Below are positions 14,291 through 28,400 of a DNA stretch of 64,000 nucleotides, in pieces. Where the stretch lies: NCBI RefSeq assembly GCF_009914755.1, contig NC_060926.1. One strand, written 5' to 3'. This stretch comes from the human T2T-CHM13v2.0 reference genome, Homo sapiens. The position numbers and the translations under genes are program-made. Position 1 is the stretch's first letter. Each line of letters opens with the position of its first letter. The notes under the pieces are model-generated. The model saw nothing but the letters and a program-made list of their open reading frames with translations. It did not search any database and was not told where the DNA came from.

Positions 14291-15400
14291 GATGCTGCGC
14301 CGGAAAGGTCTTTCTGAGGTCCAGATTGCCCACAGGGGGCTCTGAGGCAGCCCAGGGGAACCCCAGCAGGCTTGCCCTGAGGCTCTGAGGGCAGCCAGCC
14401 CATCTGCTGCCTCCTGGGTCTGCAGGTCTCAGGACTTTTCAGCCTTAAATCTAGTCCAGACCTAAACTGTCCACGTGGCTGTGCAGGCTTTGCTGAGGTC
14501 AAGGAGCAAGCTGGGGGCTGAAATCCTGCTGTCCAGGTGCAAGGCTCACAGGCCTGGGGGACAGGGTGACTTTCTCCTACTGGCCAGAGGTGCTGTCTGC
14601 TAACTGAGCTGCACCCCACCCGAATGGGGATTTGCAGAGGCACCATGTGGACTGGGGCTAGGCCTGCCCAAGAAAAGGCCAGACAGTCAGCCCAAGGTCC
14701 CTGGAGCTAGTGTCCTCCTGCCCTCTGGCCCTGGGCCTGTTCACCTCTGCAGGTTCTCCAAGGTTACTTCGCAGCCTCAGGCAAACAGACCATGCTTTCT
14801 GGATTCTAAATCAAGATTCATAGGTGGACAAAGGAAGTGTTTCGATTTATGAATCTAGAGATAAGGAAATGCTCACAGTTGAAGAGCACTTGCATTTTTC
14901 TAGTTTTGAGTGGTTACAAAGTCATCATTTCCACACCACGGAACACTACTCAGCAATGAAAAGGAACACACTCCTGAAGCACACAGCTTGGATGGAGCTC
15001 AGATGCAGTCTCCTAAACGAAAGAAGCCAGACTCAAAAGGCTTCCTACTGTATGATTCCACTCATAGGACATCTGGAAAAGGCAACACTTACAGGGACAG
15101 AAAACCAATGAGTGGCTGCCAGGAGCCAGGGGTGGGGAAGGAGTTGACTACAAAGGGTGCAGGGAAGTTTTGGGGATGAGTAAACTGTTCCAGATCCTAA
15201 CTGCAGTGGTGGTTATACAATTGCATGCATTTGAAAAAAGACTGTATAACAATAAGGGCAAATTTTACTGTGTGTAAAATATACCTTAGTTTTTTTTTTT
15301 TTAAGAAAGGAAAAAATTACATTTTCTTTTTAACATTACATGCCCCCTTTTTTCCACTCATTTTGGCTGTAACATAAATTTGAATTATTAAAATATTTCA

Positions 15401-15809
<409 letters not shown>

Positions 15810-16439
15810 TCACACCTCCTGACCCTGTGCACTCAGGCCCTATACGCCCCTGTTTCCCTTCCCGGGGAATCTGTATGGCTTCTTGCCTAACAGTGACCCA
15901 CGTGGCTCAGCCAGTTACTATGTGGTAAAATACTGGAATTTCTGAGATGTTTCCATGGCTTATGGGACCATAATATTTGAAGTGGGAACCTGGGAACCAG
16001 CCTCCTCATCACCCCATCCCTTCTCCATCAGGGAAGAGGAGAAGCAGCGCAAGCTGTCAGGCCATGGTCCAGCGGGGACTCTGGTCTGCTGTGTGACTTA
16101 TCGAGAATCCTGTGTCAAGATAATCTTAGCTGATGTGCCCCTGCCGCGGGAGGGCCATTGGCAATGTTTTGCTTTATTTTTTTTCATTGAACCAAAGTTA
16201 TCCGGACTATTGTGCATAAAATCAACCCACTGGTTGTTCCTCTCAGTCCTCTTTCCTGAGTATCTTCAGAATCCAGTCACGGCTCCCTTCCTGCGGCCAC
16301 CTCTTGTTCCAGGCCACGGCCCCTCTCACAGGGACCCTGCACAGGCCTCCCAGCTGACTGGCCCCCAAGCCCCTCCCACAGCAGCCAGCAGGATCATTTG
16401 GAGACCAAAGCCTGCCATGCTCCTCCCTCAAAGTCATGA

Positions 16440-17560
<1,121 letters not shown>

Positions 17561-18784
17561 TCATAAGGAAATATCTAGGTGGTGAGATTTGAGGTCAATT
17601 TAATTTTCTTTTTGTACTTTTCTATTTAAAAAAGAATCAAAATCAATGTGTTTAAATGTTTCAAAACAAATAAAAACCTCCACTGCTCTGGGGATAAAGT
17701 CCACAGTCCTGAGCATTACACCCAGGAGGGAGGTTCTTCCGGCTTCACCTCCAACTTCCTCGTGCTGAACTCCTGGCCCCAACCCCAGCCAACCCCATCA
17801 ACTCTCTACAGTACAAAGCTCTGTGCCGTCTTACCTCTGGGCCTTTGCCTATGCTGTTCCATCTGCCTGGAATGCTCCTTCCCCTCTGGGTCATCCCTTC
17901 ATTTCACCTTACGTTTCCTTTGGCTTGATACTAGGTGCCTGCCAAGTGCTTGGTGGTATGGGCCTGCCTGATGGCTCCCCCTGGCCTCACCTCCATACCC
18001 TCAATGCTCCTACTACGCTGCCAGCCTCCCTCACTACCTCGCAACAGCCTTGAAGGTAAGGACGGGGCCTGGGTCACTGGCAATGTCCAGGGCCTGGCAC
18101 TGTGCCTGGCACATAGTAGGTTTCATAAACATTTGTTGACGGAACTGACAGATGACTGACTGAATGAATGAATGAATAAACAGTGGCACCCCAGGCTTAT
18201 CCTTAAGCAGGCCTGTCTGTGGGGTGAGGTTCCTGGCCAGGCCCCAGACGCCGGGCCTGGGCACCTGCGGAGGCAACCTGGAGGGGCAGACACAGCCGCC
18301 GGCAGCAGAGCCGCCCGCTTGACTCCAAGGTGGCTTTTATTTCCTCTTATTTGGGTGCCAAGTCCCTGAACAAATATTTTCCTGGAGTGGAAGAACGGCT
18401 TAGCTCCCAGCCTTAAGTGCTGGAAACACCGGCTGGGTAGGGCAGGTTCCAGGAACCAGAGGAAGCTAGGGCCTGGCTGCAGCTGGGGGAGGGGGTCCCG
18501 AGGGCTGCCCTCCAGGCAGTGCCCACCCTCCCGCTGTCTGAAGAGGGGGCCCGCTCCGCCTTCCCCATCAGGCTCAGGGAAGCCGCCACTCGCTTGCTCT
18601 GCTCGGCACACAGCTGCGAGAGGCTTTTGCCCTGGGCCTCTCTGCCCATAAATCAGAATCCTCTGGGATTCTGAAGAAAACGTACACCATGTGGGCCTCC
18701 CTCATTTTTGCTGAAAAAGCTGCAGTGAGATTTAAAGGAACTAATTAGAATCTCAGAAGCCCTTTTATAAGCGTTTTTCTTCCC

Positions 18785-19400
18785 TTTAACTTTCTTATTG
18801 AGGAATAACATACGCAGAGTGCACTCGTCTAAGTGTATAGCTTGATGATTTATTTACATATATGTTCACCCTTCTAATCACCACCGACATCAAGCCAGAG
18901 AACATTTTCGCACCCCAGAAGGTTTTTTGTGTCCATGCCTAGTCAATACCACACCCTCAGCCCGAGGAACGCACTGGCTTCTATTATCATCAATTAGTTT
19001 TGCCTGTTCCTGAACTGCCTACAAATGGAATCATGCAATGTAGGCTTTGTTGTGTCTGGCTTCTTGTGCTTAATATATATGCCCATGATGTTCATCTCTG
19101 TTGTACCCGTGTCCGTAGCTTGTCCTTTTTTGTTGCTGAGTAGTATTTCACTGTGTGAATACACCACAATTCATTTATCTATTCTCACGGTGAAGGACAT
19201 TTGGGCAGTTTCTGTTTGAGCTCTGATGAATAAAGCTGTTACATGCATTCTTATACACACCATTCAGCAGATATATGCTCTCATTCTGCTTGGATCATAG
19301 GGTAGGTATATGTTTAGTGTTAGTAAGTATTTCCAAGTGAGTTTCCAAAGAGCTCCTATCAATTCTCACTCCCTCCGACAACCTAGGGACATCTCCCCAC
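18785..19400 (-). mobile_element. Old L1 3' region (L1MC/ME-like)
   Basis: tttattgaggaataacata...agttttgcctgttcctgaact...aatggaatcatgcaatgt...gaataaagctgtt. Confidence 0.75.
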
Positions 19401-22366
19401 AACACGACGTTGCCCATCCCTAAAAGCAGCCTTTCTGGTGGTGGGAGGTGGGTGTGGTGGTGACTTGCACTGTTAAACATCTTCTAAATGTTGCTTGACT
19501 TTCAGAGCAGGGTAGCAGTACCAGCCAGCCTCAATGAGCACCCCAAAAGCAGAGCCCCCCTACTCGCAGTGAGCCCCTGAATGCCATGCCTCCTGCCAGG
19601 CTGCACAAGGAAACATCTGCCCTCCAGGAGCACCCAGGGTGGCAGGAAGCCAGAAAGATACCTGCTGTCATGTGGCAGGAGGTGCCCGAGAGGCATGACC
19701 TGAAGTTATGAGAACACAAAGGACTCAAGTGCCTCCCCCAGGCTTGAAGGAGAGCAGGTGTGGGGCGGACCTGCTGAGGACCTGCACTGGGGCAAATCCA
19801 TCCTTGCACATGTGCACGCCACGAGTGGGCGCGGCTCATGTACTGGGGAGGCGCAGCGGTGTTGGGAGAGGGAGGAAGGGAGAAAGCCAGGGGAGGGCTG
19901 GTCCCATGGCCAGGCAGAGTCTGCAGAATGGGGGCCTCCAGCTCCAACAGCTTTAGGGCCTGTGGGCCCAAAGCAGTTTCTAAGCCCCTCTAGGCTCCTC
20001 ACTCATTCAGCTCCAGGTGCCAGGGGCTCACCACCTCCTGAGGCAGCCCAGCCTCCTTTCTCTTCTGCCAAGCTGGAGAGAAGGGGCAGGGGAAGAGGGT
20101 AATTGGAGTGAGGGAGAGGGCGCCTCAGCGGAGGGAGCGTGGTCCTGGTCCCGGGGCTCCTCTGCACAGTCGGTACCTGCAGACCCATTTAAAAAACCCT
20201 TTCTCCCAGATGCTGTGGGGGGCCCGTGCACCAGCAGTGCCTTACCTGGGAGGGAGCCTGAGATGGCCCACCTCAAGGCCCAGCTCTGGGACTACTGTCC
20301 CTTCCACCCTAGATGGCCCACTCAGAGCACAGCCTCATCCCCAGGCTCCCCTGTAGGAGAGCAAGGTGAGGCAGGGGCACGCCGCCCAGGTGCAGCCAGT
20401 TTTGCCTCTTACCAGCCCCTCCTCCCCACCCATCCTACAAAGTCATCAATCCTCACCTCTGCTCCATGGCCAGGCCTCAGGCCCCCAGCCCTCTGCACCT
20501 TCATCTTTCCTGCAGCCCCTCAGAGGCACCCTCTCCCTTGTGGGCAGCCCTGCCGCTCCGCATTCCAGCCCCTCCCTCCTGCACCTGCCGGCACTTCACA
20601 TCCTCTACTGACATCCCTTCCCCGCGTGAGAGACTGACTTGAATTTGTCCTTCCAGACCCAGTTCAGCCACCCTCTGGCACCTCCATGACCCAGACGCTG
20701 TGCAGGTTAGGTGCCCTGTTGCCCCACAGCCCACACAGTTCTCTGTCATTGATACCACTCTGTCATTTGTCTGCTCCCTCTGGCCACAACCTCCCTGAGA
20801 GCAGAGAGCAGAATAGAAGGCAGGGTCTTTATTCTGGCTATGAAAACATATCCCAAGCAAAACCCCTGAGGCAAGCGAGGCAAAAAAATGCTATTTAAAA
20901 CAGAAGCTGGCTGCACATTGAGAGTGCAGCACGATCTGAGAGAAGATGGCTCGTGCGTTTAGAAAATAACTTGGGAGAGGTCTTAGTAGAAGATCCAGTG
21001 AGTCGCCCATGCAATGTACACACACACTCTCCCCCACACCCAGGCCAGACTGTGGGCATGATGTAAAGGGAACGGAAAAAGGAAATAGTGCCCACTGCTC
21101 CCCTCCCAGGCAGGGCAAGTGGGAAAGTGAAGAGATGGGGATTAGGCTTTGCGACACAGGACAGCAGGCTGAGGCCCAAGGGGAGGTGGGCAGTCACTGC
21201 TTGAGGAAGGGGTGCCCAAGGATGACATTTAAACACCTCCACCTTTTTTACTGTTAGTCTCAAACATGCGGCAGTCTGTTTGATGGCACAGCCCTGCCCT
21301 GGGGGTGCCCTGGGGTGGGGGACTCAGAATGGAAGCACAGAGTTGCGAGAGGGCATTAAGAACAAGCAGGGCCAAGAGGTGGGACGGGGTGCAGTTTGAT
21401 TTGGATATATGGGGACAGGCAGCCCAGGGAGCTGGGGTCTTGGAACCTTGCAGGTCCCATGTGGAGGGTTATTAATATGTTATTAATAAAAGTATTACTA
21501 TCTGATGGCCAATTCTACAAGTGGGCCCTCCCTGTCCAGTCCAGGAACTGGCAGGAGTTAGGCACTGGTATTTTCAGTGTTTGTTGAATGAATAAATGAC
21601 CTGGAAAACTTTATCTCGGCCTCCAAACCCTTTGGAACACAATGTGTCAGGAAGAATAGAATTCTCCATCCTGCAAAGCCACCTGGAGCCAGCAGTCCCT
21701 GCTCCATCAGCAGGTGCAGGGGCGGGGAAGAAACGGTCCCTCCTGCTCTGCAGGGCCCAGGCCATTCCTGGGGTCTGGGGTCTAGGGTCAGGGGGTGACC
21801 TGCACCAGGGACAGAGTGGGCCAGCAGCCTGGACAAGACTGGGAAGCCAGCTATAATAGATGCTCTAGGACACTAAGGACCCCTGCGGTGCAGCGTGCTG
21901 CCTCAACCTCCAGGTCTTTCACTGTCATTTTTCCCTACTAGGCACATGGTTTTTTTAGACCTCTGGCACTTAAAGACTGTTGCTAGTGAGTGTACAGAAA
22001 TCACAGTGAGCAAAGAATAAATAGCAAGCTTTGAGAATCAGTAGGGAGCCCATCAAGTCCTTGAGGAAGGGAATGATCCAGTGGAGCCTTAAGGAACAAG
22101 GAGTGCTGGGCAGGAGGGCCAAGAGCCCCGGGAGGAGGAAGGCGAGATGCTGAATGCCTGCACAGGGGTTTGGGGGAGGAGGGCAGAGATGGACTCTGTC
22201 TTCCACGACAGGAGGGACCAGCATGAATTCTGCTGTTCTGTACCAAGCCAGAGCATTGCCCAGAACCAGGCTCCCACCCCTAGAAGGTGACACGGCTGGA
22301 CATCGCCAGGCCAAGAAGAGACTCAACCACCACCACAGCAGCCGTTGCCCGAAATGACAAGTACCG

Positions 22367-22372
22367 TTTATT
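22367..22372 (-). terminator. SDC1: Distal polyadenylation signal AATAAA
   Basis: tttatt on +; GU-rich sequence (gctgctgtggtggtggttg) downstream on the minus strand. Confidence 0.85.
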
Positions 22373-23058
22373 GTCGTTACACAAATGAACCCAGCCTCTG
22401 GCTTGGGCACCGTCCCACGGACCAGCAGATGAGCATGGTCAGCCGACCCCTTTCCCCACCCCCGAGTCATGTGCAGTCATACACTCCAGGCAGAAAGTCG
22501 CAGTATCGAATACCGGACACAGGTTCCCTTGGCTTGGTGGTGCATCTCTGATCCACAGACTGGCCCACCTCTCGGAGTGGCCAACGGAGTCGCTGAAACG
22601 TTGTCAAATAAGCAAGTAAGTGCAGGAGCCCTGGGCTGGGGGCCTCTGGCCTCTGCAGCCGGGTGGGAGGAGGATGTCCAAGGTGTCTGCGGGGTAGGCC
22701 TCGGCTCCACACCTCCGCTGTGACCACAGCCTCAGGTCAAGCTGTGCTGGGGCCATCCACCTTCCTTTGCCATTTAGAAGATGGGGCTTGGAGCTTGGCA
22801 ACACAGAAATTGACATCAGCCTTATAAAACCTTGGCTGAACCTACCGACCTCCAGGAGAATTTCAGCCAAAACAAAAAAGCAAATACACAGAGGGACCCT
22901 GGAACCAGAATCCCTCCCCATGGGAAAGACGAAGGCACAGAGATTCGAGCCAAGTTTCCCAACATGTTGGTGTTTGCAGAAAAGTCCGGTCACGTCACAC
23001 ACAGCACAGAGGCAAGAAGCGAAGGCAGTGGCATTCACAGGACTACTTTATATTAAAG

Positions 23059-23064
23059 TTTATT
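23059..23064 (-). terminator. SDC1: Proximal polyadenylation signal AATAAA
   Basis: tttatt on +; UGUA immediately upstream and a TATAAA variant just downstream on the minus strand. Confidence 0.8.
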
Positions 23065-24313
23065 ACATTTGGAAAATCTACTGTACAGGGAAAAACCCAT
23101 TGGATTAAGTAGAGTTTTGCCAAAAGCAAAAGACTATCACTCTTTGGAAAATATTCCTGATTCCAGCCCAGGGCCCAGGGTGGGGCCACAGGAGCTAACG
23201 GAGAACCTGGCCTTGGATGGAGGCGCTCAGAGCCAGCTCTGCCCAAGACACCCCTCGTCAATTTCCAGGAGGAAGCAGCCCCTGGAGACGGCGCCACAGG
23301 CAGGACGGGCGTGGTCTGCAGGAGGATCTCCAGGCCCCTGCCGCCCTCCCTACAGTCCTCTCTGTCTGAAGGCTGAGTCCCAGCATTCACTTCTCACACG
23401 GGCTTCTCCAACGTGGCAGCGGCCCAGGCCTCAGCATGGCCCTGAGCGCATGGACACAGGCACGACTGCTTGAAAGAGGCGGCGGCCCCACGGCAGCCTG
23501 GACTGGCCAGCCTGCCAACAGACCACCAGAAACGGGGCCACCAGACAGATAGTCCATACCCTGTTGCACACATGAGCGACAAACTCAAGAGACAACACAC
23601 AAACTAAGCCTACATTTTGGCTTCCAGATTTGGTTCTCCTAGTTTAAAAAAAAAAAAAAAAAGTCTTCTTAACCCTGATGCTGTCTCCCGACCATAGATT
23701 AGGGAAGCAAGATGGGGGGATACCGAATCAACTTACTTAACTTACCTCAGAAGTAACAAGGTCTACTGGGCTATGAACAAAGAACTAGAGGAAACATGTG
23801 CAAAAACAAGTCGATATCTAGATTAGACCTCCCCACGAAACAAAGTGGACTCCTGTCCCCTGCCACTCAGCGGCCACCCCCCCAAGATGCTTGGTCCTAC
23901 CAGTAAGTGCTACAGGTGTGTGAGCCCCAAGCCCCACCCGCAGGATCTTCCAGCCACATGAGGCCATTTAGGTCCAAAGCAGTCGGATCCCCCTCCCCTC
24001 CAGAGCTGGACCTGGGGAGAGGCTGCTTCAGTTTGGAGAAACCGAGTCAGAATGGTGCGATGCCAGGTGCTGGCTGTGGTGGAAAGGTCCTATGCGAGAA
24101 ACCCCTGGTGCCCTAAGTCTCCAGGCAGAAGTCAGAGAAGCAGAGTGGAGCTCCCAGCACACCCCAGGACTCCGTGGGCAGGAGCGACCAGAGGGGCTGG
24201 AATGCTGGGGAGGTGGCCTGGTGGCAGGGGAGGCCAGGGCCTGCAGTTCTTCAAGGAAGAGGCAAGTGGGGGCCTAGTGAGTGGCAGGGCGGAGGGGGCG
24301 CATGGCTCCCGCG

Positions 24314-24483
24314 TCAGGCATAGAATTCCTCCTGTTTGGTGGGCTTCTGGTAGGCCCCGCCGTTGGCTTGTTTCGGCTCCTCCAAGGAGTAGCTGCCTTC
24401 GTCCTTCTTCTTCATGCGGTACAGCATGAAACCCACCAGGCACACAGCAAAGATGAGCCCCACGAGGCCTCCGGCAATGACCC
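24314..24483 (-). CDS. SDC1: Syndecan-1 coding exon 5 (transmembrane GxxxG helix and cytoplasmic tail)
   Basis: [55 protein letters not shown]; C-terminal EFYA PDZ ligand; TGA at 24316-24314; exons sum to 933 nt. Confidence 0.99.
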
Positions 24484-24634
24484 CTAGGGCAGGTAGACGG
24501 GGCCAGCTCAGCTCAGCGGCTCCTTGGGCTCTGCTGCAGACCCTCCCCAAAGCAGTGGCCTTGGCTGTGGTCAGCCCCACCCTGACCCCACAGCAGCAAT
24601 TCACCCCAAACTACCCCCCTGAAAGAAAACTCAC

Positions 24635-24770
24635 CTCCCAGCACCTCTTTCCTGTCCAGGAGGCCCTGTGAGGCCCCCGTGGCCCCCTGATCCACTGGGG
24701 ACTGGTTCCGGCGGTCAGGCTCCACGGCCACTACAGCCGTATTCTCCCCCGAGGTTTCAAAGGTGAAGTC
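24635..24770 (-). CDS. SDC1: Syndecan-1 coding exon 4 (juxtamembrane/shedding region)
   Basis: DFTFETSGENTAVVAVEPDRRNQSPVDQGATGASQGLLDRKEVLG(G); 136 nt; acceptor cccacag, donor GAG|GTGAGT. Confidence 0.99.
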
Positions 24771-25360
24771 CTGTGGGAGGGCAGGGGCAGATTGGGTTGG
24801 CCAGGTCACCGCCAGCAGCAGCAACCAGCTCCACTACAAGACCCAGAAGCAGCTCCTGCCTCCCTGATCTTTGCCACCACCCACTCAGATGCACCCAAAC
24901 CAGGATCGCACAGGGCCCGAAAGCCAGGCCTTCTTGCCACATCAACTCCGGACCCTGGCTGGACCATGGCATGGATATCACAAAAAGTGATACAAAGCAC
25001 ACATTTTTGTATGGAAATAAGCAGACTTATTTTAGTGTAAAGCGTAAAATTCCCACGAAGCTATAAAATAAAAAATTGGACTTGGTATAACGTTCACTCT
25101 TGCAGCAGGGGCTGCAAGTTTGGATTGTGAGTTTGGGGAGCCCTCTCTTGGGTGATCTTTAAGGGTGCTTCTGCTCTGATCTCATAGTTAGTCTGTCCTG
25201 CTCTGGGCGAGGCCCTGGGGGTAGGGGAAGGCGGGCCCCTGTGCCCTGTCTTCCTGGTGAGGAATACGAGATGCCCGCAGGGCACAGGTGTAGGGCCTGC
25301 CAAGTGCCAGGCATTAGGACCAACCCACTCAATTTCCCAAGGAATGCAGAGGCCACTCAC

Positions 25361-25839
25361 CTGCTCCCCAGAGCCCTCTGCTGCTGGGAGCTGACTGGAG
25401 GCTCCATCCTCAGCAGCCCTCTCGGTGGCAGAAGGACCTCCATCCTCTGTGTGGGGAGTGTGAAGGTCAGCTTGGCTGGGTCCTGCAGGGGTTGAGGTCT
25501 CATGGTGGCCAGGCTGCATGTCCCTGTGGGGGTGGGAGGTGGCGGGCTCCTGGGCCGTGGTGGCTGTGGTCGTTGAGGCCTGATGAGTGGTCGGGAGCTG
25601 TGTGGTCTCCCTGGGTCGGGGGGTGGCCTCCTGCTCCCGGGCGGTGAGGCCAGGCTCCACTTCTGGCAGGACTACAGCCTCTCCCTCCTTGGGCCCCTCT
25701 CCAGCCGGCAGGGTGGAGGTGGAGGCAGCTGTAGCTTCCAGGCCGGTGGGTTCTGGAGACGTGGGAATAGCCGTCAGGAGCTGCGTGTCCTTCCAAGTGG
25801 AGGGGGTCTGCTGTGACAAGGTGATATCTTGCAAAGCAC
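25361..25839 (-). CDS. SDC1: Syndecan-1 coding exon 3 (Thr/Pro/Ser-rich ectodomain)
   Basis: (G)ALQDITLSQQTPSTWKD...AAEGSGEQ; 479 nt; acceptor ctgcag, donor CAG|GTGAGT. Confidence 0.99.
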
Positions 25840-26890
25840 CTGCAGGACCAGAAGCAGAGTGTGTTGGGGAGGTGGGGGGTGGGGAGGACCAGAAGCAGAG
25901 TGTGTTGGGTGGGTCGGGGGAGGCTCCAGAGCACCTGGGCTGGCCAAGCTCAGGCTATGAGGGAGGCTAGTACCTGGACAAGGCAGCTGAGGCTAAGCTC
26001 CTTGGAAAATGGACAAGGAGAGCTGTCCCTTCCCATTGTGTGTGTCCAGGTGCAGCCTGGTCTCTGGAGCCACGAGACAGGTGCCTAGGCCACCTGGGAA
26101 AGCTTTTCTGTGACCACAGGGGTGGGGTGGGCATCCCTTAGGGGCATAACTACTGTGGTTATCCTACTTATCCCAGGGCACACACTTCTCTGGCCCCACC
26201 CTCCCTGAAAAAAAGGCCCCCACTTCCAACAACAGACACTTCCAACAACAGATATCCTACCTTGCAGCTCTCAGGCCTCCGCTAGGTCACTTCCCCAGGG
26301 ATGACCTCAGCCTCCTTCCTTAGCTCTCTCACCCCTCTTCTGAGGTCCACTCAAGAGCCACCTCCTCTGTGAAGCTTCCCTGACCACCTCCAGCTCAGGG
26401 ACTTCTCTCCCCCAGTCCCCCACAGGGAAAGGGGAAGTAAGGAAGGGAGCTTGGATGGAAGAGCTACACCCCAGCTGGCTCTGTGCTGCCTTACAGCTCC
26501 ACAAGCTTATCAGGTCAAGGTATTATTCCCATTTTGCAGATGAGAAAACAGAGGCTCAGGAGTCATATAACCTTCTGAAGGGGGTTCCAGAGGTTTCTTA
26601 GTGAGTAAAGCTATTCCTAGTGAATATGAGCCTGCGTGCAGCAGGCGGCCCTGGGGCCTTCTGGAGCTCACAGCCTTCACCTCACCTCCGAGCATGAGCT
26701 CTCCTTAACCAGGCAGCTCACGGACCCCATTCCTCTCCTCAGCATTGCCCTTTGGAGCCAGCTGGGTGGAGACAGGGCAGGCAGGGTGCATTCAGTACAT
26801 GCTCAGTAAACACAGGAGACTGCCTGACCACTGCCCCCAGGCATGACCTGTTGCCGTCTTGGGTGGGGGGGGCCCCCATGACAACCTCAC

Positions 26891-26972
26891 CTGCACCTGA
26901 GCCGGAGAAGTTGTCAGAGTCATCCCCAGAGCCATCTTGATCTTCAGGGGGCAAATTAGTAGCCACAATTTG
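26891..26972 (-). CDS. SDC1: Syndecan-1 coding exon 2 (N-terminal heparan-sulfate attachment region)
   Basis: QIVATNLPPEDQDGSGDDSDNFSGSGA(G); 82 nt; acceptor ttttccag, donor G|GTGAG; Ser-Gly GAG sites in acidic context. Confidence 0.99.
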
Positions 26973-28194
26973 CTGGAAAAGGATCAGAATATGGTATGAG
27001 TAAAGGCTTGGCCGGGTCTCTGCTGCTCCTGGGTCCTCTCCTAGACAGCTGAGTGGACTCACCCTACCCTGTGCTGCACAGGTACACAGGGAGAAGCCTT
27101 CTCATGTGGCTCCAGGACCCTCAGCTCTGGGCAGCACTTTGGTCCCCAGGCCCCATCCCCTGATGCTACAACACAGCCTGGTACTGGGTGCAGGGCTGCA
27201 GGGGCACAACAGAGTAGGCAGGGCCCTCACCCTGAGAAGCTCAGTCTGGTGAGGGAGCTCCAGACCTCTCAGAAGGGCAGACAGGGAGCTGTTATTGGGA
27301 ACAGAGGCTGTGGTCCCCATGGGACCCCATCAGCCCACCCTACACTGTGAACCAGCTCTTGGGGGCCATCAGCCAGGGAGCTTTGGGGCCAAAGATTGCC
27401 GACCCAGCCCCACTGAGAGGCTTTCAAAAACCCCCAAGAACAATCTCAGGACAACCTGGATGCAGAGGCAGCCTCCAGGCATGCTGGCCCCCAGGTGTGG
27501 ATACCGAGGACGGCACAAGGGGCAGGGGCAGGGCTGGGCACAAGGAACTGTCTGTTCTGAGGCAGGTCTGCCCACACAGGGCAACCCCAGGCCTGGCCCT
27601 GATACACCTTCCCACACTTGGCCCAGTTCCTGTCTATAGTAAAGACTGGGTGCAGGCCCTTTGGTCAGAGTATCATCCTCCTTGGGGAAGGAAGGACAGG
27701 GTGTCCATCAGGCTGGGGACATATAAGGCTAATCTGGAAGGGGCCCTGCACTGACAAGCCTCCAAGAAGTGGGCTGTGGGCCTGGGACGGGCCCTGCTGG
27801 CAAACAGCAGTCCCAGGAATGCTGCCCGCCTGCCCAGCTCCAAGAGGCAAAGGGGCCAGAGGGCAAACATATACACATCTCTCCAGTTCCTGAGGCCGGG
27901 GCTGACTGGCAGGACCGGGGGCGGGGGCGGGGAGGCAGGATCACGCCACACACAGTGAGCAGGCCTGTGCAGAACCCTGGTCGGCAGGGAGGGCAGAAAG
28001 TCAGGACTGCCTCTGCCCTTCACACTGGCCCCAAGACCTCAGGTAAGGAAGAGAGAACCCAGCAGCCAGGTGGCGAGAAGTGTGGCTTTGAGAGCCCTAT
28101 TCACCTGCGAGACTTAGACCCAAGGACCCCACTCACTACACAGTCTATCTTGAGAGGGCCCCAATGTCTGGGACCAGAACAAAGAATGAAAAAA

Positions 28195-28400
28195 TATGCA
28201 GAACAGCACAGTCCAGAGCACTAGCTTTAGGAACTCCGGATCCTGCCACTCACTAGATGCGTGGTCCTGGGATGTCATTAAACTGCTTATGGCTTCTGTC
28301 TCTCCATCTGTAAAATGGGGAAATAATAACATCTACATTCCAGGACTGCTGCCAAAATTCAATGAAGCTATGCCTAACACAGCCTGGCACCCAGTGGGCA
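28195..28400 (+). mobile_element. MIR in intron 1
   Basis: tctgtctctccatctgtaaaatggggaaataataac core. Confidence 0.7.

Larger units (their letters stand above)
22345..24313 (-). other. SDC1: SDC1 3'UTR (about 2 kb; distal end approximate)
   Basis: Follows the stop codon; two AATAAA hexamers on the minus strand; U-run at ~23646-23662. Confidence 0.85.

Noticed and set aside
22604-23038. 144-aa sense ORF within the SDC1 3'UTR
   Set aside because: No recognisable homology or splice link to the CDS; a chance ORF is the simplest explanation without ribosome-profiling data.
26221-26252. Short tandem duplications (16 bp here; also ~9034-9065 and 10660-10695)
   Set aside because: Ordinary slippage events with no evident functional motif.
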